DNA of 64,000 bases, taken from the NCBI GenBank assembly GCA_020891255.1, contig BQFW01000005.1:1612001-1676000 (forward strand), in the 5' to 3' direction. The notes under the pieces were generated by a model. That model was not told the DNA's origin and did no database searches. It saw only the letters and a program-made list of their open reading frames with translations. The position numbers were made by a program, and so were the translations under genes. Numbering within the stretch: the stretch's first letter is position 1; every line of letters begins with the position of its first letter. Shown in pieces: positions 9,107-20,900 of the stretch. The DNA comes from Entomortierella parvispora E1425 (lineage: Eukaryota; Fungi; Mortierellomycota).

Positions 9107-10028
9107 ATGGGCGAGGAAATCCCCGAAGAAAAAAGAAAAGCTCTAAACAGCGTCTACACCGAGATCTTCCTCAAACCCTTCGCTGAAAAATACGAAGAAA
9201 CCTGGGAGGAAGAACCCTTTTGGGAAGCCGTTGAAGTCTTCAAAGTCAAAACGAAGGAGATTGGACTCGAGAATCCTTTCGATATTCTTGGTAAACACAA
9301 TATTTGCTCATACGAGACGATCCGTGATAGATTAAAGGCCGGTCCTCAAAAGTGCACCAGGAAAAATTGGACCAGCCCAATCGTTGGTGAGAAGATTGAT
9401 GTCTTGAGGCTCCTTGAGAAGTTACATCACATCTCTGGAAACAAATATAAAGGCAAGGAGGACATCGTTGTTCTTGAGTTTTGGGCAACATGGTAATTCA
9501 ACAGCCTGCAGATTCTATTTCAAGATGGTTTATTCGACTGAATTTTAACACATGTTCTGCAACCTTTTAGGTGTGGGCCATGTATTGAACATGCAGCTGA
9601 GCTTTCCGAGCTTTCAGATAGGCATATGGGTCGCGTTGCTGTCATTGGCATTAACAATGATAAGCTCACGGTTGACATTGACAAACACGGACCCGGCAAG
9701 CATGATGTCGAAAGGGTTAGAGCTTTTGTTGAAGAACGCAAGAACATTTTCCGCTATATGTCATACATCGATAACGACGAGAACCTTGCTAGACTTTGTA
9801 AGCTTTCGCGGATGAGAGATTAGTTATTGTACAATTGATTAACACCAACACAGAAGCAGGTAGTAACGTCAAAATGCTAATTCATTCGTTATTCTTGGAA
9901 AAATAGCAATGATGAGAAAATCCGAGTACACTTTTTATCCTTGCGTCGTTCTGGTGGTGGGCGGCACTATCATTTATGCCGGACACAGATCTTGGTTAAA
10001 CGTTCACTTGGAAGAGGCTTTGAAGTAG
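9107..10028 (+). CDS. Thioredoxin-like (TlpA/redoxin) protein with an N-terminal helical extension (3 exons)
   Basis: An intron splits IVVLEFWATW|CGPC, restoring a WCGPC active site. It continues VAVIGINND and ends ...YPCVVLVVGGTIIYAG...EEALK*. Confidence 0.85.
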
Positions 10029-10311
10029 CACCTGTGGCCAAGACATTTTTTCATCTCGGTTGGCCCTTGGATCAGGCCTCTGATCTTAATATTTTTAGTG
10101 GATGAAGATATATCAGCGCCTCCAGCTCTCTCTCAATAAAACCCCTGCCCCGCACAGCCCTGGCCGTGGGTCTAGATTGGTGTACACACCATTTTTAGGC
10201 CGTCAAATGGATCGTATCAGTTGTATTGACTGGTGGACTTGGTGAAGCGTTGCGCTGCCCCACTCGGATAACAAACATATTCGCTATTTGTGTGGACGGA
10301 TGTGCAGTGGT

Positions 10312-10600
10312 TCATTTTGATTTTTGCGGCAAAGCAAGACCTGCGTACATGCCTAGATGGCGCACCTGCATTAGTGGGAGCGTTGGGAGCATCCCATGAA
10401 TTTTTTTGATGTGTTGCGTACGTTGGGCAGCATCCCTTCGGCGGAAGATAGTATGGACAGGTCGTTCGTCATGGAAATACGCGCACGTAGAGGCAACTTC
10501 ATCGATGATCATTCGCTGAGTATGCTTCGGGACCCCGTCTTCAGTGAGCTATACTAGAAGGGAGCGGACGGCTATGGTGGGTTTCATGAGCTTGTAGGTT
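10312..10600 (-). pseudogene. Degenerate coding fragment, homologous to 32110-32330 (Zn-finger-like C/H pattern)
   Basis: Nucleotide blocks tttccat, gtccatact, ccgaaggga-gct, cacatcaaaaa and catgggatgc are shared with the 32.1-32.3 kb segment. Peptide CAYFHDERPVHTIFRRRDAAQRTQHIKKIH. Confidence 0.4.
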
Positions 10601-10771
10601 ACTTCACCAATATAAACGCTCCTTTTGGTTTTTTCTTTGCTCGTATGAGAGCCATGTAAAAATTACGTGTCACAACGCCGTTCAAAATAACGCGTACGAG
10701 CCATGCACAATTACGCGTCAGAGCCATAGCGAAGACAACTTTATTTATCGCAGAGGCATCTCGTCTTCTCG

Positions 10772-13642
10772 TCATTGCAACCTCCTCTTTGTTGTTTGGG
10801 TGGGCGAGATATCCGCGGTAGACACCCTTTTGGGATTCTTCAGAAAGTCTTGCATTGTCAAAGCAGTCATTTGAGCCACATTGGTCACCCCGTCAGCATC
10901 CCCTCGCTGTTCGCTCGGGCGTTGGGATGCTAGGTCGTTTGGCCGAGGCGATTCAGCCATCTCTGTGCTATAGATCAATGTTAATGCCCGCTCCGAAGTT
11001 CGAAGAACAGCGTACATGTGTTTACAAACTGCATGCTGTTGAGCCGAAACAACGCAGCTACACTTTGTGATTTCCTTTCCGACGACAGATACTTGATACT
11101 GGACATTCACTGTCTTGAACGACTTGACAGTGTAGCCATCCTCGGACTGTGAAATCACACCATTCATTTGCCCGCCATCCACCATAGATTCGACCTCTAC
11201 TTCTATCGCCCGTTGTCGACGCTCTTGTGTGTCCACTCGGTCCATTCCGAGATGTTGAACAGCTGTTGTATGCTGAAAATGTGAGTTCACTTGCTGGCAG
11301 AGAAGGGTGATAAGCTGCTCTGGGCTACTGCGATGTCTCCCTTCGAGAAACCTGCGCTTTAGAGCATTGTGCCAATTTTCCACAAAATTGTCCGTGCTCA
11401 TCGTTCCATAGTCTTGTCCTTCCCGGTAGGCCATCAGCCATTTTTTCTGCCTGTCCTTCACGAGCCATCTGTCCTTGAAAAGCCTCCAAAACGGTGGCTG
11501 TTGTTCTTCCCAGGTCTCCCCTAGCTTCTTCAAACTGGCTTCTGCTGTGGTGATATCTTTGATGTACATGATGTCTTCGACCTCTTTCACGATCCTGTTG
11601 ACGGCTCTACTCTCTGGAGTCGAATTGGCAGCATCGTTGTCTGGGCCAGTCTTCTTCTTCAGGGAGGAATGCATCTGTCTTCGCGTTTGTCCGTGGAGGA
11701 TAGACAACACCTGTTTCTCCTCGTCTTCGTCGCCATCGTTGTTATCGTTGTTATCGTTGTCAACGTCGTCCGGGAATGCCACTGCTATACCACGTGCCTG
11801 ACGTCTACATGCCTTCAATATATGCCAACCACAGAGGAATGTGTTGGTAGTATTAAATGGACCGTCTCCTTCAAAAGCGTTGAGATCATTGGTAAAGTCG
11901 TCCATGACGATATGTTTGGGAGAGAGCTTCAGTTCCTCCTTCAGAGCCGACATCCACTCCCATAGTGGCCTAGCAGTCTTGTCGTTCGTGATCATAAAGC
12001 CGGCAGGGATCCCATGTCCCTGTTGATGCCGGACAATGATGGTGTACATTTGGAAGTTGTATCTTTTTTTAAAACAAAAAAAAAAAAAAAAAAAAAATCA
12101 GTTCTCATGTAAAATAATGTAAAAAGCCGGACGATGATCAAAAGGATATAAACATATAAACATACCGAGTAGCGTGGTGCGCACAATCCAGTCCGATAGA
12201 GTCACCATACGTCTTGAGAAGATACTGTTGCCATGGGTGTATAAATCCAAAAGCAAACAAAGGTGGCCCACAATAGTCTTCTGCCGTCTCTGTCTCCGTC
12301 GTCTCTGCTGGTATATTTGCTGTACTTGTCTGTGTCTCTGCTGCTCCCGATGCACTATTCTCCGAATCAGCATTGGCAGCAACATGGGCCCGACCTTTGC
12401 CTTTGCCTCTGCCCTTGGCTTTTGGTGGTGGAGGCGGGTACTTTTTGTTGAAGACCAGATACCCTTCGTCCTGCATTGTTCTGGCCACCTTTTCGATCGA
12501 GTCGAAGTCGCTTGTCTGGAGCTGCGGCCTATTGACCATACGTTGGTACAAAAGATTGCACATGTCCGCCTTCGTGACAAAATCGTCTCGATGAACCCCA
12601 ATCCTTTTGTGCGCCCGATCGATCACGCTGCTCGAATCGATAGAGTACTTTTGAAGAATCTGCTCTGGATCCATGCCTTTGTCCATCAGCTCCCTCAAGT
12701 TCCGAATAAACTTTCTGGATTTGCGTTGAGATTTCAGTCCCTCGATCGTCCTTGGAGTATGTCCTGTATGCTCATCAAAGTAAACGGCGTGCGCCTTGTC
12801 TGGCTGGACCTTGAGTCGTCTGATTTTCAAAGTCGAGGTGCAGCCCACTTTCATGGAGGGTTGACGAGTGCGTTGAGGCACAAAGGGTATCTCGTTTCCC
12901 TGCTCATCCTTTTTGGGTCGGCGAGCATTGTGGCTGGATCGAGTGCACATGTATTCCTCCACCATGGAGTAGTTGCTGTATCCTTCCTTTGAGTTCTGAT
13001 AAGTGCCATTTTTGAAAAACTTGATGATCTCCTTCCTCTCCAGTTGCTCCCGCCATTGATCGCGTGTTTCCCAGTCAATCGTAGACAGGACGAAGCTAAA
13101 GAGAAAGACGCACCACAATGAGAAGAATGTCGTTAGCTTGAGTTGTACAAAGTAAAAGATGGTCCAAGAACGGCCTTCGTATGCAACGGCTGCGGCCAAA
13201 ATACGCACTGCTTCCTTTTCCGCTCCTGTATCGTCAACAGCAATTTGATTTCTGCCCTCTTGACGGCCAACTGTTGTGGACTAAGGGGCAGGTCTGGATC
13301 CGAATCAGTAGCGTCGGGATCGTCCATGGGTTCATGAGACGCCCCACGAGGCAATGCACCTTTGCCTGCTTCCCGCTCTTGACCTGGGGTGCCCGCCGAG
13401 TTTGCGCCTTCAGAATCCCTGTCCGAGTGCGAGTCCTCCGAGTCTGAGTTCATGGCCGATTCTGAGGAAGATTCCTGATGCTGGTCGTTGGGTGAAAGGG
13501 TAGCATTCGGATCGCCAAGACTGGAATGTGAAGAAGCGGTTGCTGCGGTTCTTGGTTTGACGCCGAGCTCGAGAAGGAGTTTCTGCAGGTCCCTGAATGC
13601 CGTGTCGGAGAGATTGGCCTGCTTGGGAATGGGGTTAGCCAT
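10772..13642 (-). mobile_element. MULE (Mutator-like) transposase gene, 3 exons, apparently intact; no TIRs found
   Basis: N-terminal Zn-chelating domain (YMCTR...KVGC...EHTGH), DDE core (IGLDCAH, IVMDD, FLCGWH, TDNFVENWHNALK) and a C-terminal SWIM finger (CSC...CKH). Introns at about 13207-13096 and 12168-12063 join open frames. Confidence 0.9.
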
Positions 13643-13959
13643 TGACCACCGAATGAAGAAGAGTCGAAGAGTCGACTGAAATGGAGAGGTGAGTGGATTG
13701 AGATTGTGTGGGTGAGTAGGTGGGTGGGTGGATGGAACGAATCGCCCGACTGTGAAGACGAAGGAGAATGAAAGCGAAAAAGGGGTGAATGGGAAGTGAA
13801 GAAGTGAAGAAGTGAAGGGAAGTGAGTGAAAGAACAAAGAAAAAGAACAAAAGGAAAGGACAAAAGGAAAGAACAAAAGGAAACAAAGGGAAACGGAAAA
13901 GGCGCGTGCGTTCGTTCCTATTGTTGTTTTTGATTCACTTTAATTCTTTTCTCTTTGCT

Positions 13960-16900
13960 CTAACAGCCGCCCGCCAATGGCTTTTGCCCCATGGCGGCAA
14001 CCACAGACATCCGGAAGCGGTCCCGAAGTGTGTCCATGTCAGCCCGCGTAATGAACCCATAGTCCGTGAAAGCAACCTTGAGCAGCCGATCAAACAACTG
14101 TCGTGGCCCTGCTCCTGCTCCCTGTCCTGGAACATTTCTTGACGCGTCCACAGGAGCCGGGCTCTTCTTCACCTCTTCCGTCGACGATCGCTCCTCTGAC
14201 GTAGAGAGGTCCTCCTGGACCACAGACACAGGTGCAGTCTTGTCCTTGAACTGATCCAAGAACGAATGAAGACTTAGAACCACCCCTTCCTCATTCTGAC
14301 ATTCCAACAGCGCCTTCTCGCATCCCTTCAAAATCGCCAACCCTAGGCTCAGCAGGAACGCGGCTCCTTTCAAAAAGACCCCGTCCAAAACACGGACCGC
14401 CGCTTTGGGAGGCAAAGCTGACTGGTATAGGCACAAGAACCATGGAGTCGTGATGGTCGCCAAGTCCAAATCCAAGTCCAGAAAGTGTTGGGCCAGAGCA
14501 GGAAGCGAGATCCCAACAAGGTGCAAAAAGACACGCTGGTCAATCTGTACGCCCACCAGCGTCCGCGAGTAATAATCGGGCAAAATCTCCTCGCATACTG
14601 CGGCCAGCAGCCAAAAGGTATCCTCTTCCTTCAGATGCAGAAGCATCACTGCTGCCACAATGTTCATCGATTGTGCATAGCCAATCGCCGGGTTCCTCCA
14701 AGAATAACTGACCAGGACTCGCCTCAACGCCCCAAGACCGATAGGAGACTGGTAGGCGGGATGGTCGGGCATGCTTCGTTTGATATCCTTTTCGATTTCG
14801 CCCAGAATCGGCGAGCTCTTGCTGTTGTTGTGCAAAAGATTAAGAGCATAGGTTTCGTCGTTGGATCGGAGATAAAGCCCTCCAGAAAGAACCATCCAGA
14901 GCTGGGGTCGAAAAGAGTCTGGGATTCCCCTCATGACCAAAGACTGGAGCATGGTTGTTTTGATCATACACACGTCTCGACCGTACATGGCAAAGTAGTC
15001 GACCCAATCGCACTCCTGATCCATTTCATCTGGGGCCAGCTCTGTGCCTGCTCCATACTTGAGCGCCGCTTTTGTATGTTCGTCCACCTGTCTTGAAAAG
15101 ATGTGTTGAAGACTGAACGGCAGCGGTACCATGGACTCTTGCTCTCCAATTGCACTATCCTTGTCATCCATGTCAGACACAGGTGTTCCGCTGCCACTGT
15201 CTGTAGACTCGCCCCTGGTACTTCCAGCGCTACTGCGCTGTGAATCCACTGTAGAACCGCGATGGATGACACTCTGACTGGTCTGGATCTCTAGACTCTT
15301 CAAAAGAGTCGTTGAAGCGTCTGAAGTACGCCACCGTTTGTCAACCATCTCAAAAAGGTCCTGACTGAGTCCCTGCTGCGTCGTGAACCAAAACTTGAAC
15401 CGCGATTTGACAGAAATGGCCACAGATCCATGAGGTCGCGCTGTCATGAACGACATTAATCCAGATATGGCTTGACTGGATGCGATAGATGCAGCGCCCA
15501 TGGTCGCAAGTCCACCAAATGTCCCCGAACTAGGTCGCGAGGTGTTGGCAGCCGAGGGACTCGATTCTTGCTTAATCTCGAGAATATCCGAAAAGGGGAT
15601 CACTAGGGTCAAGGTTGGATTCCATGGTCTGTTTTCGTCACTTCCTTTCAAACTGTCAGTGCCAGACATGTAGCACAAGTAATGCTGCGAGACAAAAAGG
15701 GTGCCCTCTCTAGCGTCTGCAATTGACTTTGTCTCCATCATGGTCACAATGTCGTCTTCCGGTCGTTCAGTCATCGGCAGACGGAAGGTGCTCCTGAACA
15801 TCCGGTTTCGTCGGTATTTCTCAAGATCTACCATGGACTGGATCGTGAACGGATCTAATCCCGAGTTTCGCGAGGCTTGTTGCATATCCGGATCTTCCTC
15901 CTGTTCACTATCGATCTGTTTTGTCATCTGACCGTCGGAGATCTTGAAGACGAGCTCCTTCATATGGGCGTTGCAAAAGTGAGAGAGCATGTCCATTACT
16001 TCGCGCTGATGGAATAATGGAAGAAGTACCAGCTATTCATTCATAATAAAAGGACGTCAGCCAAGGCTCCAAAAGTAAAGATGCCACTCTAAACAAAGCA
16101 AAGACGTACCTTGGCCGTCAAGGTTTGAACCACGATATGTCCCTTGCTTCCGTTGTATTCCTCATCTAGCTCCGTGACATCCTTGAACGCCACACTGGTA
16201 TGAATAGCTTTGTCCGTCGCACTTCGATAGCCTGCTGTCACGGTGAAACTATCTTCTGTCATGGGCGAATTGTGCCAACACAAAAAGTTCTTTGTGAGAG
16301 CGACATAGCCCTGAAGAGTCGATCCATCTTCCTGGCTCACAAGTCCAGATCTGTAAACTATTGCACACAACCAACGTAAGAATGGTCAGTTTCCGAGCCT
16401 CTAAATGACCCCCAATCGCGCAGGTCAGCCGCACCCTTGACAACCTGTTCTTACAACAGAGCAACTCCTCGTCCTTGAACTTGAACAACCGGGAAAGCTC
16501 TGCTGCCATGATGACTTTGTCTTGGTCTGGATCCATGGACACTAAAAAAAAAAAAAAATAGGGGGGAGAGAGTGAGTGAACAGTGCTCACACGGAAATAC
16601 TTCACGTGGACATCTAACGTTCCCCTACATGCTTCGCTGAGTCGGTCAATCTCATAGATCCAGACTCTATCCGACTCGAGCTCCGAGTTGCGTCCCAAAG
16701 CGCCATCCAACTCCAGTTCCGTGACCTATCATGCGCGCAAGATAACAAGATGCCAGCGGCGGTTAATATAGATGTTTGGTTGTTCTCCTGTTCTCATCTT
16801 TTTCTTTTCGTTCTGACCTTTGGGAAGACAGTCTTGTGAATGCAAGCCCAATCCGCCCGGATCGTGGTTTCGTCCACTGCCATGGCAACCACATATTTCT

Positions 16901-17597
16901 CCTGAGAGCACTGCAACACGATCCGGAACATGGCGTCCTCCATCGACGTGACACGCTGTGTGGCCTGTACAGCATCGTCCAGCATCTTGCCCAATGCATT
17001 CGATTTCGCAGCAAGGGTCTCTGGCAAGGTCGTCAAGGCCGACAGAGACGAGCTCATGTTCACATTCATGTTCATGTTCATGTTCATGGAAGGAAACTGT
17101 TGTCGCAAGGTGCGCTGCGTCGAACTGGTGCCCTTTTGGACATTCTCGACCAAACTCTCCAGGATATCGCTTGCAGACGAACTCAAACTCAGCCCTGGTC
17201 TGTGCCCTGAAGAGGACAGAGATCGACGGTTCCTGGGCGGTACTTCTGGAGAAGAAGAAGAAGAAGAAGTCGACACTGAAGCCGAGTGTTGTCTGCGTGG
17301 TGGTAAAGGTGGCGGTGAGGCTGCAGGGTCAGCACTGGGCTTAGAAGATAAAGTCTCGTCCACGGTGGGTAACAGGGTGGACGGTTGAACAGTTGGACTG
17401 GATCGAGATCGGGCAGGTTCACTGCTGCCAATGCCGCTGACAAAACTCAAGGACAGCCGCCGCAACTTCTTCATGTGATGCGCTGACAGTAAGGAAACAG
17501 ATCGGGCCTGCAGCAAAAACCGGTGGTTAGCCTCTTCGTCCTGCCAGACAGCAGCAGTGGGACCATCGTCGGTGAGCGGAAGGGGTTTTATAATCAT
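13960..17597 (-). CDS. GRAM + TBC domain Rab GTPase-activating protein (TBC1D8/9, yeast Mdr1/Gyp2-like), multi-exon
   Basis: GRAM-like GTLFVSQHYLCY and TBC motifs GIPDSFRPQLWMVLSG, IEKDIKRS, YAQSMN and EEDTFW. The N-terminus MIIKP...W....N..F.LQ resembles TBC1D8/9. Confidence 0.9.
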
Positions 17598-17930
17598 TAC
17601 GGCAGTGAATAAGAAAAGAAAGAAGAGAAAGACACGGACCAGTGACGAGAGCAAGAAAGAAAAAAGAGTAAGTCATTGCGTCCATTCACTTTTGCATCCA
17701 TCCATCACATCCATCGGTCCATCCCTAGCAAATGCGCCGTGGTCAGGCGCGCACGGGGCTCCCTTTTTTTTTCTTTTTTTTTCTCCTTATGACAAGCACG
17801 CGCGTGGGGACGGGGCATGGGCAGTTGAATAAAAATATTACAGGTACAATATTATTGGGACATGGATACAACAGAAAAAAAGATGCTACGGAAGAAATGA
17901 TACTAACAGATAGGGGCTGTCCTCTCTCTC

Positions 17931-20900
17931 TCAGTCCTGCACCAGGAGCAACAGCCGCGAAAGACGCTCCACGAGAACCAGGTGGTTCGGTAGGCAGTTT
18001 GTCTGCACTGGCGCCATGGACAGATGAGAAAGCGCATGGAATTGCTTCAAGATCTCTCGCGTTGCGTTGGCCGCCAGTGTGGGTTTCACCCCTACAACCC
18101 CTGGAATGACCATAGATGGAGCCACAGAGGTCGCACCTGCAGAGCCAGACACCGAGACCCCCAGGCCAAGAGACGACTGAATTCCGCCGCTCCCAGAGCC
18201 GACAGAAGTGGACGACGCATGTCGCTGATGATGATGGTTCGGAAGGAAAGGAGATGACGGTGACGAGGATGACATGGACGGCGAAGACGCCGAGATAGAG
18301 GCAAGATGCTGAGCGCTAGTCATGGTTCGACCACCTAACAACGGTGATTGAGGAGTGTGCCTTTGCAAGTGATAGGCAGTCGAGTGTTGAGGCGGACCTT
18401 GGGCGCTTGCCTGGAGTAGTTGAAAAGTTGAGCTCGTAGGCGATCCAGAAAGCAGTGACAATGTTGAGGGCGCACCGCCAAGTCCCGATCCCGATCCTGA
18501 CCCGGTGCTAGAGGTTGCAGGTTGCGCTGCGCGTTGATAATGCAACAGATGGACTTCAACACCGAGTGACTCTAGGCTATGCTTGTCACGCATGACAGAG
18601 TTGGACTGAATCGGCACCTGGATCAAATAGCCACTCGTGAGCGGAAGAATGACATCGTTTCCAGATCTGATTGTTTTTGGCGGTGCCACCGGGGTCGAAA
18701 CCGAAGATCCTGGATTGTTTTCAACCTTGATGCTGGTGCTCAGCTCGCCCTCCTCTTTTTTGACCGAGTTCTCTGCAGAGGCGTAAGCACTTTCAACCAT
18801 GTCTTGATCCTTCTCTGCACTTGGTGAGAAGAGTGCACCCTCCTCCATGTCAGAATCCTCGTCCGCTCCTGGATATGATACTGTCTTTTGCGGCTTTTGT
18901 GGCTGAGGTTTTTGAGGCTGAGTGCTTGTGGAGGATGCGGATTGACTGCCTGTCTGCTTTTGAACCCGTTGATCCACAGGTTCTCCAAGAATGACCCCAG
19001 CAACCCCTGCATCCTCTCTTGACACAACAAGCGGAACGCGATGGCTCAGAATCATGGCGTACACCTGGCCTGCGCTGTTCTCCAGCGTCTCGTCTCCAGT
19101 CATGCCACCAATGCCGCCCATACCTCCTGCTCCTCCGGCGACTGGGGATCCTGCCGGCTGGGTCCGGCCAGCACCTCCTGATCCAGCTGTGGAGGACCCT
19201 GGCAGACCAATTCCAAGTCCAAGACCGGTCCCTCCGACCCCTCCATTAATCCCACTGCTGAGAGGAGTAGATGGAGCTGTCACATTCACATCTGGTGTTG
19301 ACACAGCAGTAGACGAGGAAGAGATGCCAGACATATGCGCAGGAAGCATCGATTGTGAAAGCGGTGAAGCTAGGGAGGAGCTACCCTGGATGGGTGTACC
19401 TGGACCACCTGCTGCCGCAGACGAGGATGCCCCCACGACAACAGAGTTTGGAGTCCGGTTCCCACTCGGCGTCATTCCCGCGACAAGATAGTCTGCTCCA
19501 CGATTATGAGGGTACATCCTCAAAGGCGAATCAATATTGACAGACACAATGGCCACATTGGCCTGCCCCTCTGCCAAGCGTGCCCATTCCTGAAGCTCCA
19601 GTTGACTCATCGCTCCCAGCTTGCAGACCACGGTTTTCCACATGAACTGCCCTCGCTTTTGGTATACCTTGGACTTCATCCAGATTTCGTGAAGACAGCT
19701 CAAGAGAGTTCGCCGCCCTCCTTGTACTGACAGTGGCTGTTGTGATTGTGAATTATGTCTGGCAGCGTTCCCTCCTTTCATGTCCATTGCCACGTGCTCC
19801 AGCATCTCACCTCGATGATCGGTCCAGACGCAGATCAGCCAACGACCATCCAAACTGAACCCATATCCGATATGCAACGTCGCTGTTGGCTTTGGGACTG
19901 AATTGGGAGTTTGATGTAGATCAAAGTTGACGGTCTGCGGTGCTGTCTTGGCCAATGCAAAGGAAGGAGCGAATGTGTTGAGTTGTGACATGATTGAACT
20001 AGAGTACGTTGGTCGTTCCATAAAGATCTTGCATTTTGTATAGACAGCAAAGGCAATATCTCGCAATCCAAATCGGAGGTAACCTCCAAACGTAGACGGG
20101 TAGATAACGTGCTGAATCGGGACTAGCTGCATCACCAATCGCTCCCGTTGCTGCTCCAGGGGTGTAAGCAATGATCCCAAAGCTGCCGTCTTGAACTGAG
20201 TCTTCATGATTGCAAAGCATCGGCAGAGATCATAGTATCCTGATCCATGCGAGAATGGGTTCACCATGTAGACGACAGTGTGCACATCCTTCCTCTGAGA
20301 ACTTCCTCCCAAAATCAACCCCAGTCGTTGACAGCCATCAACATAACTTCTGACTTGACGAGCCTCCATCGATTCTCCTACAAGGGCAGGCAATAATGAA
20401 ATAGGTACCAAGCCTGGTTTGTAGTCCTGTACATTGCCGGGCTGATGCGATCCAAGAAGTGAAGTCTCAAAGATAACGCTAAGCTCTCGCCAAAACTTGG
20501 TGACGCTGCTCTCCATGTCTTCGCCTTCAGGATAGACGACAAAGTAGGCAATGTTCTTCTTCCTCGAATATGGCTCAAGACTGAGCTTTTCCCAAAAGCG
20601 TAGAATCGTCGGCGAAGCTTCCAGCCATTCCTCGTTATGACCCACAACGATATCCGGAGCTGGAAGTTGTAGAATGGAAGGCTCGGCTGGCTTTTTCTTC
20701 TTTACTTGATACTTTCCGTATTTGGATGGCATTTGCTGAGCTTCAGTCAGTGTATGGAACTGCAAGAGCGTCAGTGGACCCTTCATGACGACTGGTGGTG
20801 TGATGTTGCTTTGACTGGAATGGTGATGGTGTCCGAGACTCATTGCCATATCCTGGGATGCATCCGATGGAATTGGAAGGACCATCGAATTGTCGCCTTG

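Noticed and set aside
13133-13900. Overlapping Phe/Ser/Leu-rich ORFs in three frames
   Set aside because: They are translations of a purine/pyrimidine low-complexity promoter tract; only the part from ATG 13642 is treated as coding.
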